From NCBI GenBank assembly GCA_034226945.1, contig CP120462.1, positions 310,001-374,000 of the forward strand: 64,000 nt of DNA, read 5' to 3'. A program made the translations under genes and the position numbers. Below, in pieces: positions 35,546 to 47,573 of this stretch. The notes beneath the pieces are model-generated. The model had not been told where the DNA came from. It did not search any database and was given only the letters and a program-made list of their open reading frames with translations. This DNA comes from Picochlorum sp. SENEW3 (Eukaryota). The first letter of the stretch is position 1; every line of letters begins with the position of its first letter.

Positions 35546-36646
35546 ATGGCAGCTTTTTCTGAAATAATGTTGCGTACTGATGTTATCATCAAAAAGTGAG
35601 TTGTTGGTTGCGCTGTCAGGTTCGCCTTGTTTCACACCAATCGAGGTGCTTGTTGTCCGTGGCTACTACTATTCCTTTGGATATTGATCAAAATGTGTTT
35701 GTATATGGATGTGGTTTACTGGGCCCAGAAGTCTTGGAGAGAAAGACTGCCAGTTTCCCCTGTAGGTCGTGCCTTGCGACTAGTGTGCACTGACTTGCGG
35801 TTGTTGTTAATATAGGTACGGGCATTATGAAGAAGAAGCGATGAAAAAAAGCAAGAGGAAGAAGACAGATGATCCTTTCACCGACAAGTACTTTGAGATT
35901 ATGGATGTTGCTCAGGAAATGGCTCTGGTATGTTGGATACACATGTGTATGCTTGCCTCTAAGTGAGAGTATATAAATACATGTAAGTGATGCAGAAAGC
36001 TGAAGCCAACGCAGGAGAGAAGAACAGAGCGATGAAAGCTGCTTTGAATGCAGAACTGAGAAAGGAAAAGATTGAATTGCAGAATGAAGTCAATGAATTG
36101 TATTCCATGATCGAGAGGAAGGGATTGTCTGCTGAAAGTCTGGATGAAAGACGCCAGCAGTTTGAAGAGGCTCAAGAGGCCGTTGGAGCGATTGACGATG
36201 GTCTTGGTAGTTCTTCTATCAAGCACCCCTCTAGGCAAGGCTTTGGGTCTCCTGGGTCGATAAGTAATGGGGGTTCTGCACGGGAATTAAAGGGTTCCCT
36301 GACGTATAGTGGGGCGTATGAGCATACAGAACAAACAAGAGAATTTGTACGGCAAGCTACTGTGGCTCAGGAGCGACAGGATGCCCAGTTAGAAAATATA
36401 GAGAGAGGTGTTGACACTCTCAAAGAGATTGGAACTGCCATGGGAGAAGAGTTGGAACGTCATGATGTCGTCATTGATGAAGTAGGAGACAAAATGGAAG
36501 TTGTCACACGAGAACTACAGACAAATAACATGAAGCTGAAGGGAGTGCTTACCCAGGTGAGAAGCTCTAGAAGAATATTCATCGACATCATCCTCATTTG
36601 TATTTTGTTGGCTGTTGGATTGTATATCTACAATATGTTCAAGTAG
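35546..36646 (+). CDS. SYP71: Qc-SNARE syntaxin, SYP7 family; introns 35596-35815 and 35928-35995
   Basis: LRTDVIIKKY..DDPF, NRAMKAALNAELRK, SNARE motif QDAQLENIERGVDTLK, C-terminal TM. Confidence 0.88.
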
Positions 36647-36747
36647 AATTATTTTGATTCCTGTAAGCTTTCTTCCCATAGAGGCTCGCGGTTGGCTTCC
36701 TTGTACTTCAGGAAATGTACTTGTTCCTGCAATTTAAAAATGCATGG

Positions 36748-36800
36748 CCGTTCTGGTACAAATGATTACCGTTCAAAATGGTAACCGACTTTGAACCGTT
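36748..36800. promoter_or_regulatory. Cluster of three MSA-like CCGTT (AACGG) motifs with TTTGAA/TTCAAA
   Basis: CCGTT at 36748, 36769 and 36796; TTCAAA at 36772; TTTGAA at 36790. Confidence 0.35.
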
Positions 36801-36999
36801 TTGGTCCCAATGGGGGCTATGTGCTGATTACAGCATTCAAAATATACGTTTATAGATTAAATTCTGTTAAAATACAAATGGAGAAGTAATTCAGCATCAT
36901 TTGCTCAAGAGATACCCAAGAAATCGCAACGTGAATTTGCCATTCGCTCTTTCTGCCGAGACAGGAACCCTGCAAGAACCGCAGAAATTGCTATAAACA

Positions 37000-37779
37000 A
37001 TGCGATATAATTTCTCTTTAGAGCCTTTAGGACGATTTGATACCCCATGCATGGGCTGCGGACGATACTATGGTACAGTCGGGAGTCACATTTGTCCAGC
37101 GCGAGGAGAAACAGAGCTGAATTGTGTCGAATGTCAAATGCGAGGTTTCACGTGCAGCAAAGATAATAGAGATATGATTGCAAAGCTAAATGCACTTGGG
37201 GTTGTGTTTGAGTATCAGTATATGCGAAAGGATCCACCAACCCTCTACACACGTTACGGACGTCCTCGACGGCTGTCTGGTGAGGAGGTTGCCTCTGTGA
37301 TTGAAATCCAGAATCCTCTGTATGATGTGCAATTGGCAGAAAAATATCCAGGGCTCTTCCAGGACAAATATCCTCAAAATCCAAAGATGATCAGGATTCT
37401 TGGGTCAAAGAAAGAAGCAGCAGAAGCTATGCAGAGGGACATGGATGAGCAGAATAGGCGTGATCATCAACAAGAAAATATCCCATACACGTCCAATCCA
37501 CTCGACTTCGAGCAGGCGAACTTTGTCAATGACAATATAGAATGTGAAAGCGATGATCGAGTAGAGGAGGCAATGGGCAATGCGGAAAAAGATTTACCTG
37601 ATGGTTTGGCTTTCATGAGGGATTTGCAGCCATATCTAGCCACTTTTAGCAGGGAAGTCGCAGATTCTTTAATCAAACTATTGATAAAGCACAATATTCC
37701 GACAGGGGGAATACTTGGAATCGATGATTACGATTCCTTTATATCAAGCCACGGATACGAGGAGAACTGCGATGTTTGA
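37000..37779 (+). CDS. Orphan Cys-rich protein (CxxC..HxCPARG..CxxC); possibly truncated, frame stays open to 37953
   Basis: 259-codon intronless ORF with no family I recognise. Confidence 0.55.
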   Translation: MRYNFSLEPLGRFDTPCMGCGRYYGTVGSHICPARGETELNCVECQMRGFTCSKDNRDMIAKLNALGVVFEYQYMRKDPPTLYTRYGRPRRLSGEEVASVIEIQNPLYDVQLAEKYPGLFQDKYPQNPKMIRILGSKKEAAEAMQRDMDEQNRRDHQQENIPYTSNPLDFEQANFVNDNIECESDDRVEEAMGNAEKDLPDGLAFMRDLQPYLATFSREVADSLIKLLIKHNIPTGGILGIDDYDSFISSHGYEENCDV

Positions 37780-38006
37780 AATCACTGCAGATGGTGCAAC
37801 ATGCATACCGTATGGTTGGCACTGGTCTCACACGAGCTTGCTCATCACGTGGAAAATTTAGCAGATGTAGCAGGATATACTATTTCAGGATATATCAAAT
37901 ATGTATGCATTCAAAAGTCAAGGAGGCGATACCATCGTATCGCAGAGGTGTAGGCATTATATTTTAAAGCCAAACTGATTCAGTAAAATATACTCTGTTG
38001 AATGGA

Positions 38007-38052
38007 AGAGAGAGAGAGAGAGAGGAGTCAGAGAGAGAGAGAGAAAAGAGAG
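38007..38052. repeat. Interrupted (GA)n microsatellite
   Basis: agagagagagagagagag-gagtc-agagagagagagaga-aa-agagag. Confidence 0.9.
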
Positions 38053-38286
38053 CGAGCAATATCCACGATCTCATGCTCCATCAATATAGAAATCTATATG
38101 CACTGCATCAATGTAGTACATTCCGAATGTGTATTCGAAGTTCGAATTCATTCGGCATATGCCAGAATCCTGGCATTTTTCAAATTCAAGTCCAGCATCT
38201 TTTCAGTCATGTAACTCACCTTCATTCGTTGCCAAGAGTCGCACAACCGGAACAGATATTATAATTTAAAATGAATTTCTGATACC

Positions 38287-39672
38287 ATGTCAGATGATGG
38301 CAAAGGGTCTGGATCGCCTGTCCAGACGGACAATGGCGACAAAAATCAATCTCCACAAGACGAGACACACACGTGGGCCACATTAGAGGTACGAATGATT
38401 TCATCTGTTTTTACTCTTAATGAGAACAATAATCACATGCGGTGCATTGGTCGAGCTTGCACTTTTGAGTTGAGGACTGTTTTCTTTGGTCGTTTTGCAG
38501 GAACTTGATCATGATGAGAGCATTCTGTTGAATGATAGAAGAATCCAAGAGACTATTCTGAAAGAAATAGATAAAAATGAGTCATCACCCCCTCCAATAG
38601 TAACTCGCAGTGGCTTATGGAACTTCATTTTGGCTATCATTGCCTTGACATCTTCTGCTCTTGTCACCCTGGCGTTGGTTGTAGTGGCATATTTGGTTGT
38701 AACTCATGCATTTGCTCCACAAAGATTGCATTATTCGATGCCAATGCTTTTAGAACTACAAGGGAACGATTTAGTATCGAATATATCTTTGAATTCTCTT
38801 TCGCAGTACTATGCTGATGGTCAGATACAGAGCATGCTTGTGCTTGACCAAGATGGGCAGGCGGAATATCAAAAGGCATTGGTGTCACCAGGACAGGTAA
38901 TGGATATTTGGATGGAAATTGAAGTGCCATCTGAATACGAAAAATTACATCCAGAGCGTCGATATGCTCACGTCTCTGCAAGTATGAGCACATATGGAGG
39001 GAAACTAGTCGGGAGAGCTGCAAAGCCTGTCTGGTTGAATGGTAGACAGTCTTCTGCCTCGTGCGTAGCATTTTACTCTAGACTTCACCAATGGAAGAAC
39101 ATTCTAAATGCTTTCTTCTTCTGTGCAGTGCGCTGCTATTTGGTCCTTGGAGGTGGGTTGGTTTGTTACCTCGGAGCCACAAAGTGATTGTTAGCCTCTT
39201 CTCTCGATATGTAGAGAAAGGAAGTCAGCCGGCTCTATTCTTGAGCTCTGAGATCAAGGCGAGGTCACCACCTGGCCCGGAAATCTTGGGAACGTCTATT
39301 CATATCGCACTAAAGGCGACAGTGTTGCAGAAAATTCTCTTTTATGGAAGACCTCAATCTCTTGTAGGTAAAATGATGGGCACAGTATCTGTCATTGTCA
39401 TTGTTGGAGGGCTGGGGGTTGTTTTCAGCTGTATACAGGCATACAGTGGTTCTAATGATACGCAAGTCCAAGAAGATGCTGACAGCGAGACTTCTAGCTT
39501 ACTGGATGATGTTTTGAGCACTCCAAGTAAGAGTTTGCAAGGTGATACCGACAGATTGTATTCTCCTTGGAAGGCAAAATCACCGGACAAGCCATCTCCA
39601 AGAAAGGTTAAAAAGTCTCTCGAACCCGTGTATAAATCGCCTCAGAAGTCTCCCCAAAAGACCACAGCTTAA
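38287..39672 (+). CDS. Seipin-like ER/lipid droplet protein; introns 38389-38500 and 39061-39128
   Basis: Two TM helices flanking a lumenal domain (PGQVMDIWMEIEVPSE, ALLFGPWRWVGLL); both introns join in frame. Confidence 0.7.
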
Positions 39673-39768
39673 CTTTTTTGGAAAATACAACATTAACAGC
39701 AATGCAAAGAAAAAAACTATGTACATGATTATCAATCAAAAAATATCAACAATGAACTACTTGTAAAT

Positions 39769-41730
39769 CTATTTCCTGCCTAGACCAGAGAATAACGCAT
39801 CGGCTTCATCTCTTACAGCAGTTTCCTCTTCTTCCTCTTCTTTATTCGCCAAACTGGAGTCATATTGAGACGAGTTCAACCTTTGTGTTGATGTGTACTT
39901 TGATGTACCCAACTCTACTGACAATGTCCTCCTATTCCAATATTTCCCGTTGGACATCTTTTCTAATTCTGCATCTGTCGAATTATCCTCTACGCTAGAC
40001 TGCATTCCAAAGACGTTGCATCCTTCCCCAAGGCTGCCTCCCCGATTCAGGTTTTCATGCTCTACTGCAAGCAGCCCTTGTCCTTTAGAAGAATGTTCGT
40101 CATCTGCCTTCTCAGAGTCAAATCTTAATTTCCGAGGAACAAATACTTTTGTAAAGCATTGTTCAAATATGCCAGTCGTCAGGATCCCAACATAGACTAC
40201 CATAACAAGAGGAAACCAAACATTAAATCCCGCACCCAGTAAGGGAACATCCTCCATTCCCATCGAGTCTACGAAGACCATTGTTCTTCCTCCACGCTGT
40301 TTTCCAGTCATTCGTATGACGTGTAAATAATTAAAGCATAAAGGGGCAGCGAAGCGAGAGAGGAGAGAGGCATTGAGCAGTAACGACCAAGACCACGTTG
40401 CTCTTTGAACCATGTGATATGGTCCCAGACTTCCAAGTTTGAATAGTGAGAAAAACGTACACACACACACATATCCCAAGGGTGCTGCTACAAAAAATTG
40501 TATCAGCCATTGAGAATATTTGAGACTCCGTTCATGTATCAGCTGCATTCAAAGACATATCTATTAAAATTCCTGCATGAAGGATTCTTGGAAACATAGT
40601 GAACTTACAATGGAGAATGGCGACAAATCAGGATGCCGACCTGAGGCGATGGTTGCTTCACACCATACGACTAAAGCGGATGTTGCTGCACAAATAAATG
40701 CTCCCAAACGCTGTACATATGGTCGTATTCGACACTTGTAGTGCCACCCAACTTCTACAAGCCACCCAGCATTCTCATGAGGTTGGTACACACCAATCTG
40801 CCTAGATTTGCATAAAGCTTCTAATTCAATAGCTTTCTTTAAATAAGCTATATAATCACCTCTTGATCCCACGAATTCTGCAATAGCTCGCTTTAATCTC
40901 TCCCTAAGAGATGCAACACCCTCTGCATCCCCTGCATAGTCAAGATCCCTTTCTTCCAAACTTTCCACATCAATCTTAGAGGACTGAAGGGCCTTTAAAG
41001 GAATGGGAGAAGCCTTGTTAGCGAAATTCATTAGCGATATTGCCTGTTCACGTAATTCTGTCTCAGATCTGGGTATTTGTTGCATAGTGATGACAACAAT
41101 AATGAGGCACTGTTCCAATTCCTTTGATGCCTTCTCTAGTCGATCACACGACTTTCCAACTCGATGAAGGTGCCATTTCAATCTAGTTTCAGGAAAAGAG
41201 CGTCTCCACAAAACTTTTGGAACCTCTACCAATCCATACCCAAGCAGGGCCATGATAGCAACCAACCCATATGTATTAGAAAAGGTTACAATCAACTGTG
41301 GCAACGTAGCGAGCTCTAATTTTCCAAATGCAGCGGCGACAAGCACTCCCAACACTGCTAAAACACCAACAATGGCATAAAACTTCCACATTCTATTCAA
41401 TGCATATCCAAATCTCCCAAGCACACTAGGAGCCCCAGAAAGAGAATAATGCTGGAGTACAGGAATGGCCAGCCAAGTGAGCAACTGGGTAGACCAGTAC
41501 GATGCTCTCCATAAATACAGGACCACATTGACATTGCCTTCACCAGAAAGAGTTGTATATACATCCAGAGGAACCAGCGCCACCACACTGAATGACGTCA
41601 ACCACCCATACCACGTTATCAGAAGCACCAGGAAGCTGACTCTCTTTGGAGCAGCGTACCTATGCAGCAGAACTGCGGACATAATGGCAGCACATGCCAC
41701 AAAAATACCATAAAATATATATAGGACCAT
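39769..41730 (-). CDS. LMBR1-like membrane protein (LMBRD2 type); intron 40543-40608
   Basis: ALVPLDV, WRASYWSTQLLTW, SNTYGL..LLGYGLVEVP, LSRFAAPLCFNYL. Confidence 0.9.
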
Positions 41731-42054
41731 TTTGATGTTAATAAACAACACACATCCCCTGCTGCCTCGTCTCTACCGGGTTACGACGAATCTATAGTCC
41801 AACTGATTTCAAATTGTCCCCCTTCCTTGTTATTACGACGATCATTCTTCTTCCCTTGTTTGTCATCAACATTGGTATGAACTGATATAATTCAACTCAA
41901 TCAAAAATCATCTCACTTGGCATGAAAAGGGAACAAAACCAAGAAAATTCCAACTTGTGCCTTAAATAAATATGCAAGTATAATCGCGCGAGGCTTGTTT
42001 GGAACCTCAAGGTTAACACCCCAATGTCCAGAGAGCCAGTTTTTCAAGTATATA

Positions 42055-43905
42055 ATGGATAGAGGGGGTCCACCTCAAAGTCAGCCCGCTCGTCAAGAGC
42101 AGGAACAGGGTTCTCTGTTCAGGTCGCTAGGCAGTCCTGGAGTCCAGCAGCAACCGCTGGCAGGCTCAGTAGGGATCCCAATGTTTGCCCATAATAATTT
42201 AAATTCTAATAATATGGGACCTGCTCCTCGTCCGATCATGGCGAGCGATTTAGAACGACTGGCCAGGTGGGAGCAGGCACAGAGTCAAAACAACCCACAG
42301 CTGCAAGTGCCGCATGGTATGGTCAGGCCTCCTCTACCAAGGCCGACATTATTTTCTGATGAGAGGATTATGCATGATATGATGCAGCGGCAGGGCTACC
42401 CAGGAGACGGTATGTTGGGCTACCCTTCACCCATGCAACCCAATGGAGAGAGGTATGCTAGGAGGCCCACACCACCACAGCCACCACCTCAGGTCAGAAA
42501 TTATAATCCGTATCCTCCAGGAATTACTATGTCTCGCGAAGAAAGAGGGGTACCGGCTCCCATGACTCAGCAGCAGGCATCTGATGCTGTGATTGCAGAA
42601 TCAATAGCTGCATTATTGAAATCTAATGTGCGCTTGGATGATCCGCATGAAGGTCGGTCTCCCAGGAATAAAACCGAACAGTCTAATGACAGGAATAGAT
42701 TTGGGCAGAGAGGAAATGCATTGGAAACACCTGCAGCAAACAGGAAGCATCATGACCATCAGGATGGTGAGGAAACGCATGGTGAATCCAGGAAGAGTGA
42801 CAAGCCAAAGCATCAGTATCAACAGAGACAAAATAGATGGGTTGATATCATGGATCATCGTCATGACGGTAGAAAGCCTTTGGCGTCAATGACAGTAGTG
42901 AATGATGCGTTGCTTTCTATGGCTGAGGGATTGAGCCCTACGGAAGAGGATAGGATGTCATGGATCACTGCATTTGAATTTGTGGAGAAACGCGTGAAGG
43001 AGTTATTGGGAAACGACGTGAACGCTCAATTATTTGGATCAACAGCAAATGGTCTGTGTGTCAGGAGCAGTAATGACATTGATGTCAGCGTACAAGTCAC
43101 CTTGCCAGAAGGGGAGGAAGGAGAGGAGAGGAAAACAGCATTAATTGAGTCCATTGGAGAAATGTTTGAAGGGCTTGGAATGAAGGATTTGCTCATTCTT
43201 GGCCATGCCAGAGTTCCAGTCGTGAAATTTGTGTATCCATTGACAGGTACACATGTGGATATTACAATAAACAATACCTTGGCTTGCTTAAATACTAGGT
43301 TGCTGGCAGATTACTGTGCCATAGATCCTCGATTATCTCAGCTCGTCCTCATTGTGAAGAATTGGGCGAAGAAGAGACAGGTCAATGACCCATATCAGGG
43401 CACATTATCCTCATATTGCTACGTGCTCATGTGCATTTTCCACCTTCAAACAAGAAGTCCACCAATTCTACCGGTTCTTCAGGAAATGCCACCAACCATC
43501 TCGCAGAATGTGGGTGAATGGGAGGTAAAATACTTTGATGCAGTGTCCACCTTGAGTCAGTATGGAGCAAAGAATACCCAAAGTGTAGCAGAATTGGTCT
43601 GGGAATTTTTTGAATATTGGGCGTGGAGACACGACTACTCAAACAGTGTGATAAGCATTAGACTGGGGAAGCCAATATCAAAAGAAGAGAAAGGATGGAC
43701 CAAACGTGTGGGCAGGGATAGGCATCTCTTATGTGTTGAGGACCCATTTGTCCTAAGTCACGACCTGGGGAGGACAGTCGACCGCCAAAGCAAAGATGTG
43801 TTGAGGAAAGAATTCTTCAGAGCAGCAACTATTTTACGGGACTATCAGGATCCACACAAGCACTTGTTCCGTGCATATATCCCAAGGACCACAAAACCCT
43901 CTTAA
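42055..43905 (+). CDS. URT1: Terminal uridylyltransferase, URT1/Cid1-like
   Basis: Disordered N-terminus; FGSTANG..NDIDVS, HARVPVVKF, GTLSSYCY, CVEDPFVLSHDLGR with the uracil-selecting His. Confidence 0.88.
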   Translation: MDRGGPPQSQPARQEQEQGSLFRSLGSPGVQQQPLAGSVGIPMFAHNNLNSNNMGPAPRPIMASDLERLARWEQAQSQNNPQLQVPHGMVRPPLPRPTLFSDERIMHDMMQRQGYPGDGMLGYPSPMQPNGERYARRPTPPQPPPQVRNYNPYPPGITMSREERGVPAPMTQQQASDAVIAESIAALLKSNVRLDDPHEGRSPRNKTEQSNDRNRFGQRGNALETPAANRKHHDHQDGEETHGESRKSDKPKHQYQQRQNRWVDIMDHRHDGRKPLASMTVVNDALLSMAEGLSPTEEDRMSWITAFEFVEKRVKELLGNDVNAQLFGSTANGLCVRSSNDIDVSVQVTLPEGEEGEERKTALIESIGEMFEGLGMKDLLILGHARVPVVKFVYPLTGTHVDITINNTLACLNTRLLADYCAIDPRLSQLVLIVKNWAKKRQVNDPYQGTLSSYCYVLMCIFHLQTRSPPILPVLQEMPPTISQNVGEWEVKYFDAVSTLSQYGAKNTQSVAELVWEFFEYWAWRHDYSNSVISIRLGKPISKEEKGWTKRVGRDRHLLCVEDPFVLSHDLGRTVDRQSKDVLRKEFFRAATILRDYQDPHKHLFRAYIPRTTKPS

Positions 43906-44079
43906 TTGCTTGACCAACCATGGCAGCCATGCAGCCTGCATGAAGGGCTTGGCAACATCCTAGAATGGAGATATGTATGGTTCTTACTACTAGATACATC
44001 AATACATTAATATATATCTAAAATTTTGATTAGATATTTGAAAAGATATTCCTCTTTGTATATCGAGTGTATCTCTCTC

Positions 44080-45225
44080 ATGCAAAACACAGACGTCAAA
44101 GTGTTCGTCAGAATCAAGCCCGCGGCTTCTGGATCTGTAGTTGAATTCAATCAATCAAAAATATCAGTAACATGTAATGTATGCAAGTCTCAAGACACCA
44201 AGAAGGAGGAATACCGTAGTACATATACCTTGTCGTGTACTGAGGTCATAGGCGCGAATAGATCCACCGTTGAGGCTAGCCAAGACATATCTTTGGAGAA
44301 AGATTATTTAAAAGAATGTTTAGAAGAGGGAAAATCGGCCTTGATATGCTGTTATGGCCAGAGCGGCTCTGGCAAAACTTTCACCATTTTTGGGTCTCGC
44401 CAGCACCCTGGTCTCTTGGAAGTGGCAATGGAGTATATTCTACGAAACGGGCACCAGGTATCCTTGGGTTCCTTTGAGGTGTATAATGACAAGCTGATCG
44501 ATCTGGTTCCATCTGGATCTTCTAAAGGTAATAGGAAACCGATTGCAACCTTGGACCAGTTCAGAGATGTCCTGCAGCACATTCAAATTCAGAGGTCATC
44601 TAGCTCGACAGGTCTCAATAAATCTTCGTCCAGATCACACGGACTGATTCGCATATACATAGAGCCATTTGATTCGGGTATTCTTGGATTTCAGGCCGCC
44701 TCGCTAACGTTTATCGATCTTGCTGGCTGTGAGAGGTGCTCAAAAGCCAGAACATCTGGCCAGGGAATGCTAGAAGGGATTCAGATTAATAAAAGCCTGA
44801 TGACTTTGAGGGAATGCATACGATCAATTTCTTCTGCAGTTGGGGAAAAGAAACAATATGTTCCTTGGAGAGAATCCAGGCTCACCACAGCAATGAGGCC
44901 ATATCTTCACAAAGGAAGCAATGTCTGTTTCATCCTCTGCATATCATCCGATGCGAGTAATGCAAACGAATCCGTCTCAACACTTCGATTTGGTGCAATC
45001 CTCATGAATGTCACGCTGGAGGAGGAAGCAGTCAGAACTATTGATCTGCCAAAGGACCCATGCAGGGAGGTACTCCAGGGCCTATGTGAATACCATGACT
45101 GCCGTGTGCCTCATGCCTTTCCATATGAGCATGGATCTCAAATACTGCTTGTTCTCTCTCTTGGAATCCTGAGTATATTGCTTTTCATTCTCTATGCAAT
45201 ATACATACAACACCATTACATTTGA
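44080..45225 (+). CDS. Divergent kinesin motor protein with a C-terminal hydrophobic helix
   Basis: VFVRIKP, YGQSGSGKT, NKSSSRSH, DLAGCER, INKSL, VPWRESRLT, STLRFG. Confidence 0.88.
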   Translation: MQNTDVKVFVRIKPAASGSVVEFNQSKISVTCNVCKSQDTKKEEYRSTYTLSCTEVIGANRSTVEASQDISLEKDYLKECLEEGKSALICCYGQSGSGKTFTIFGSRQHPGLLEVAMEYILRNGHQVSLGSFEVYNDKLIDLVPSGSSKGNRKPIATLDQFRDVLQHIQIQRSSSSTGLNKSSSRSHGLIRIYIEPFDSGILGFQAASLTFIDLAGCERCSKARTSGQGMLEGIQINKSLMTLRECIRSISSAVGEKKQYVPWRESRLTTAMRPYLHKGSNVCFILCISSDASNANESVSTLRFGAILMNVTLEEEAVRTIDLPKDPCREVLQGLCEYHDCRVPHAFPYEHGSQILLVLSLGILSILLFILYAIYIQHHYI

Positions 45226-45365
45226 TCATCTTGCTCCTCCTCTTCGGAGAGATGAATTCATCTGCATGCTTGATGATGATTGTAAATAGATCATTTGGTA
45301 ACAACTTGTGCTCCCATCTTAGCACTTTTTATTTATTTTTTTTCATCTTCTATGAATAGTACGCT

Positions 45366-47413
45366 ATGACATCTCCTGGAAACGGTGCCGTTGTGCCCGT
45401 GGGCGAGGTGAAATCAAGCTTTGGGACAGGAACTGAACAGGTTGACACTCAAACCCATGAGATTGGCCTCATTATTCCTCCACCTGATATCAAAGCAATA
45501 GCAGATAAAACAGCCCAATTCGTGGCGAAGAATGGTGCGTGTGTTTGGCATGAAGGACTTTTACGGAAAAATTTGTTTGTGCGGGGGAAACTCCTTATTT
45601 GCTCTCTTCCAGATACATCTTTCTTTGTTTATATTGATAGAATCAAATTCTAAACTCATTTATATTCGCAGGTGAGGAATTCGAGCAGAAAATTCTAGCG
45701 AACGAGTCGGGGAATCCAAAATTCAATTTTTTAAAGGATGGAGATCCGTATAATGCATATTACAAGCGGCAGATAGAGAAAATTAGATCACCAGATGAGG
45801 AGGAACGAGTGGAAAAGGCCGAAGAGCAAAGGCCATCTTTGCCAGAGGTGCCTCCGCCAAAAAAGTCTGTTCTTCCAGCTATTCAGCCAGTGGAGCCACC
45901 AGAAGATGAATTCTACACAATACACGTGCCAGATGGTATTACAACTGAGGATTTGGATTTGATGAAGATAACAGCTCAGTTTGTTGCCCGAAACGGCAAG
46001 TCTTTCCTGACAGGCTTGTCATCCAGGGAGCATGCAAATCCCCAATATAATTTTCTAAAGCCCACGCATTCCTTGTTTCGTTTTTTCACAAAGATGTGTG
46101 ACAGCTACTCCAAGGTTTTGATGCCACCAAAAGATCTTCTTCCAAAGCTAAAAAAGGATCAGTTGAGCAGAATGCATTGTTTGAACAGGGCTTTGAAGCG
46201 CTTGGAGTTTGAGAGAATTCAAGACAAGGAAGAGAAGGAGAGGAAAGAGGCCGAGGAGGCAGAACGTATAGCAATGCTTTCGACGGACTGGCACGATTTT
46301 GTTATTGTAGAGACTATCAATTTTGATGAGGGTGAAGAACAAGGCTTGCCTCCTCCCATTACACTACAAGATGCCATGAGGCTTGCAAGGGATATCCAAT
46401 TCCAGGAGCAAGAGGCACCTGTGAAAATGGATGAGGAAGAAGCCGAGCTTATTGCGCAAGGTCAACGGGCTATTCCTCCTCATGTAGAGGATGTTGAAGT
46501 GCAGGGTAGTGATGATGAAGGGCCAGGTACAATCAAAGTGGTCAAGAATTATAAGCGCCAAGATACAGTGGCACAGACTGGGTACGATGCGACCAAATTT
46601 GTCATCTCGCCAATCACGGGAGAACTGGTGCCTTTGGAAGATATGGCAGAGCATATGAGAGTTTCTCTGATAGATCCAAAATGGAAAACTCAAAAGGAAG
46701 CCATGCTATCCAAGATTAAAGAAACTGCAAAAGCTAGCGATGACGAGATCAGTAGAAATCTGTCTTTATTGGCGAGAACAAAGCCTGATGTATTTGGGAA
46801 TAGCTCAACATTAGAGGATGCACTAGGGAAGCAAATGCATGATAGGGTGCAGCCACCTGTTTCTGCTCCTACAGCTCCTTCACAGCCTGTTCCACCACCA
46901 CCAGCAATGCCAAACCCATCCATTCCCCCACCTCCAGTGCCACCTCCTTCATCCATTCCCCCACCTCCAGTGCCACCCCCATCATCCATTCCCCAACCGC
47001 CAGTGCCTCCTCCAACAGGAGGGTCTGCCAATGCAGGTGAGGATGACAATGAGGAACAAGCAAGCAAGCGTCAGAAGACTTCAGATACTCTTGTTCTGAT
47101 GGACGAAGACGAATTTGCAGAAGCTCATCAAGGACCCATTACAGTGCAAATCCAGTGTCCAGATGATGAGAAAAATGATCGTTTGAATGGCCAGGTTCTG
47201 CAAGTAGAATTGGGTTCTGTGAGAGAACGAGTTCAGGCTCTGGGACACAAAATTGCCGAAGTCTTGGGCATCGGACAAAACAAATTCAAGCTTCAAAGAC
47301 AAGAAATTGGTCCACTCAAAGACGCTTTTTCATTAGCCCATTACAACATCGATTCAACAACGCAGGTTCTGTTGAAAATGAAGGCACGGGGTGGACGAAG
47401 GAAGAATAATTGA
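45366..47413 (+). CDS. SF3A1: Splicing factor 3A subunit 1 (SURP-SURP-PRP21-ubiquitin-like); intron 45535-45671
   Basis: IIPPPDIKAIADKTAQFVAKNG, TAQFVARNG, DWHDFVIVETINF, SPITGE..EHMR, terminal RGGRR. Confidence 0.95.
46916..47014 (+). repeat. 33-bp coding tandem repeat, 3 copies (xSIPPPPVPPP) in SF3A1
   Basis: PSIPPPPVPPP/SSIPPPPVPPP/SSIPQPPVPPP. Confidence 0.85.
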
Positions 47414-47573
47414 TTGTTGTACAATTGTTGTATCATGGAATGTAAAATGGAATCCGTGTCTTGTCATACATGGACATGGAAGATATTATTTCAGGATTCT
47501 TGTTTTGCATATGAAGCTGATGCTCTCAACTCCTGCATGATTGACTTCATTTCTAAAACCTGATTGTGAGCTT
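47343..47573. repeat. 231-bp direct repeat, left copy (SF3A1 3' end, shared terminator, and a non-coding copy of the PCMT-BTB 3' end)
   Basis: Matches 49864-50094 (offset 2521) except C47350/T49871. Confidence 0.97.

Noticed and set aside
37954..38286. SECIS element downstream of the CxxTGA ORF
   Set aside because: No AUGA...AA...GA kink-turn hairpin was recognisable by eye
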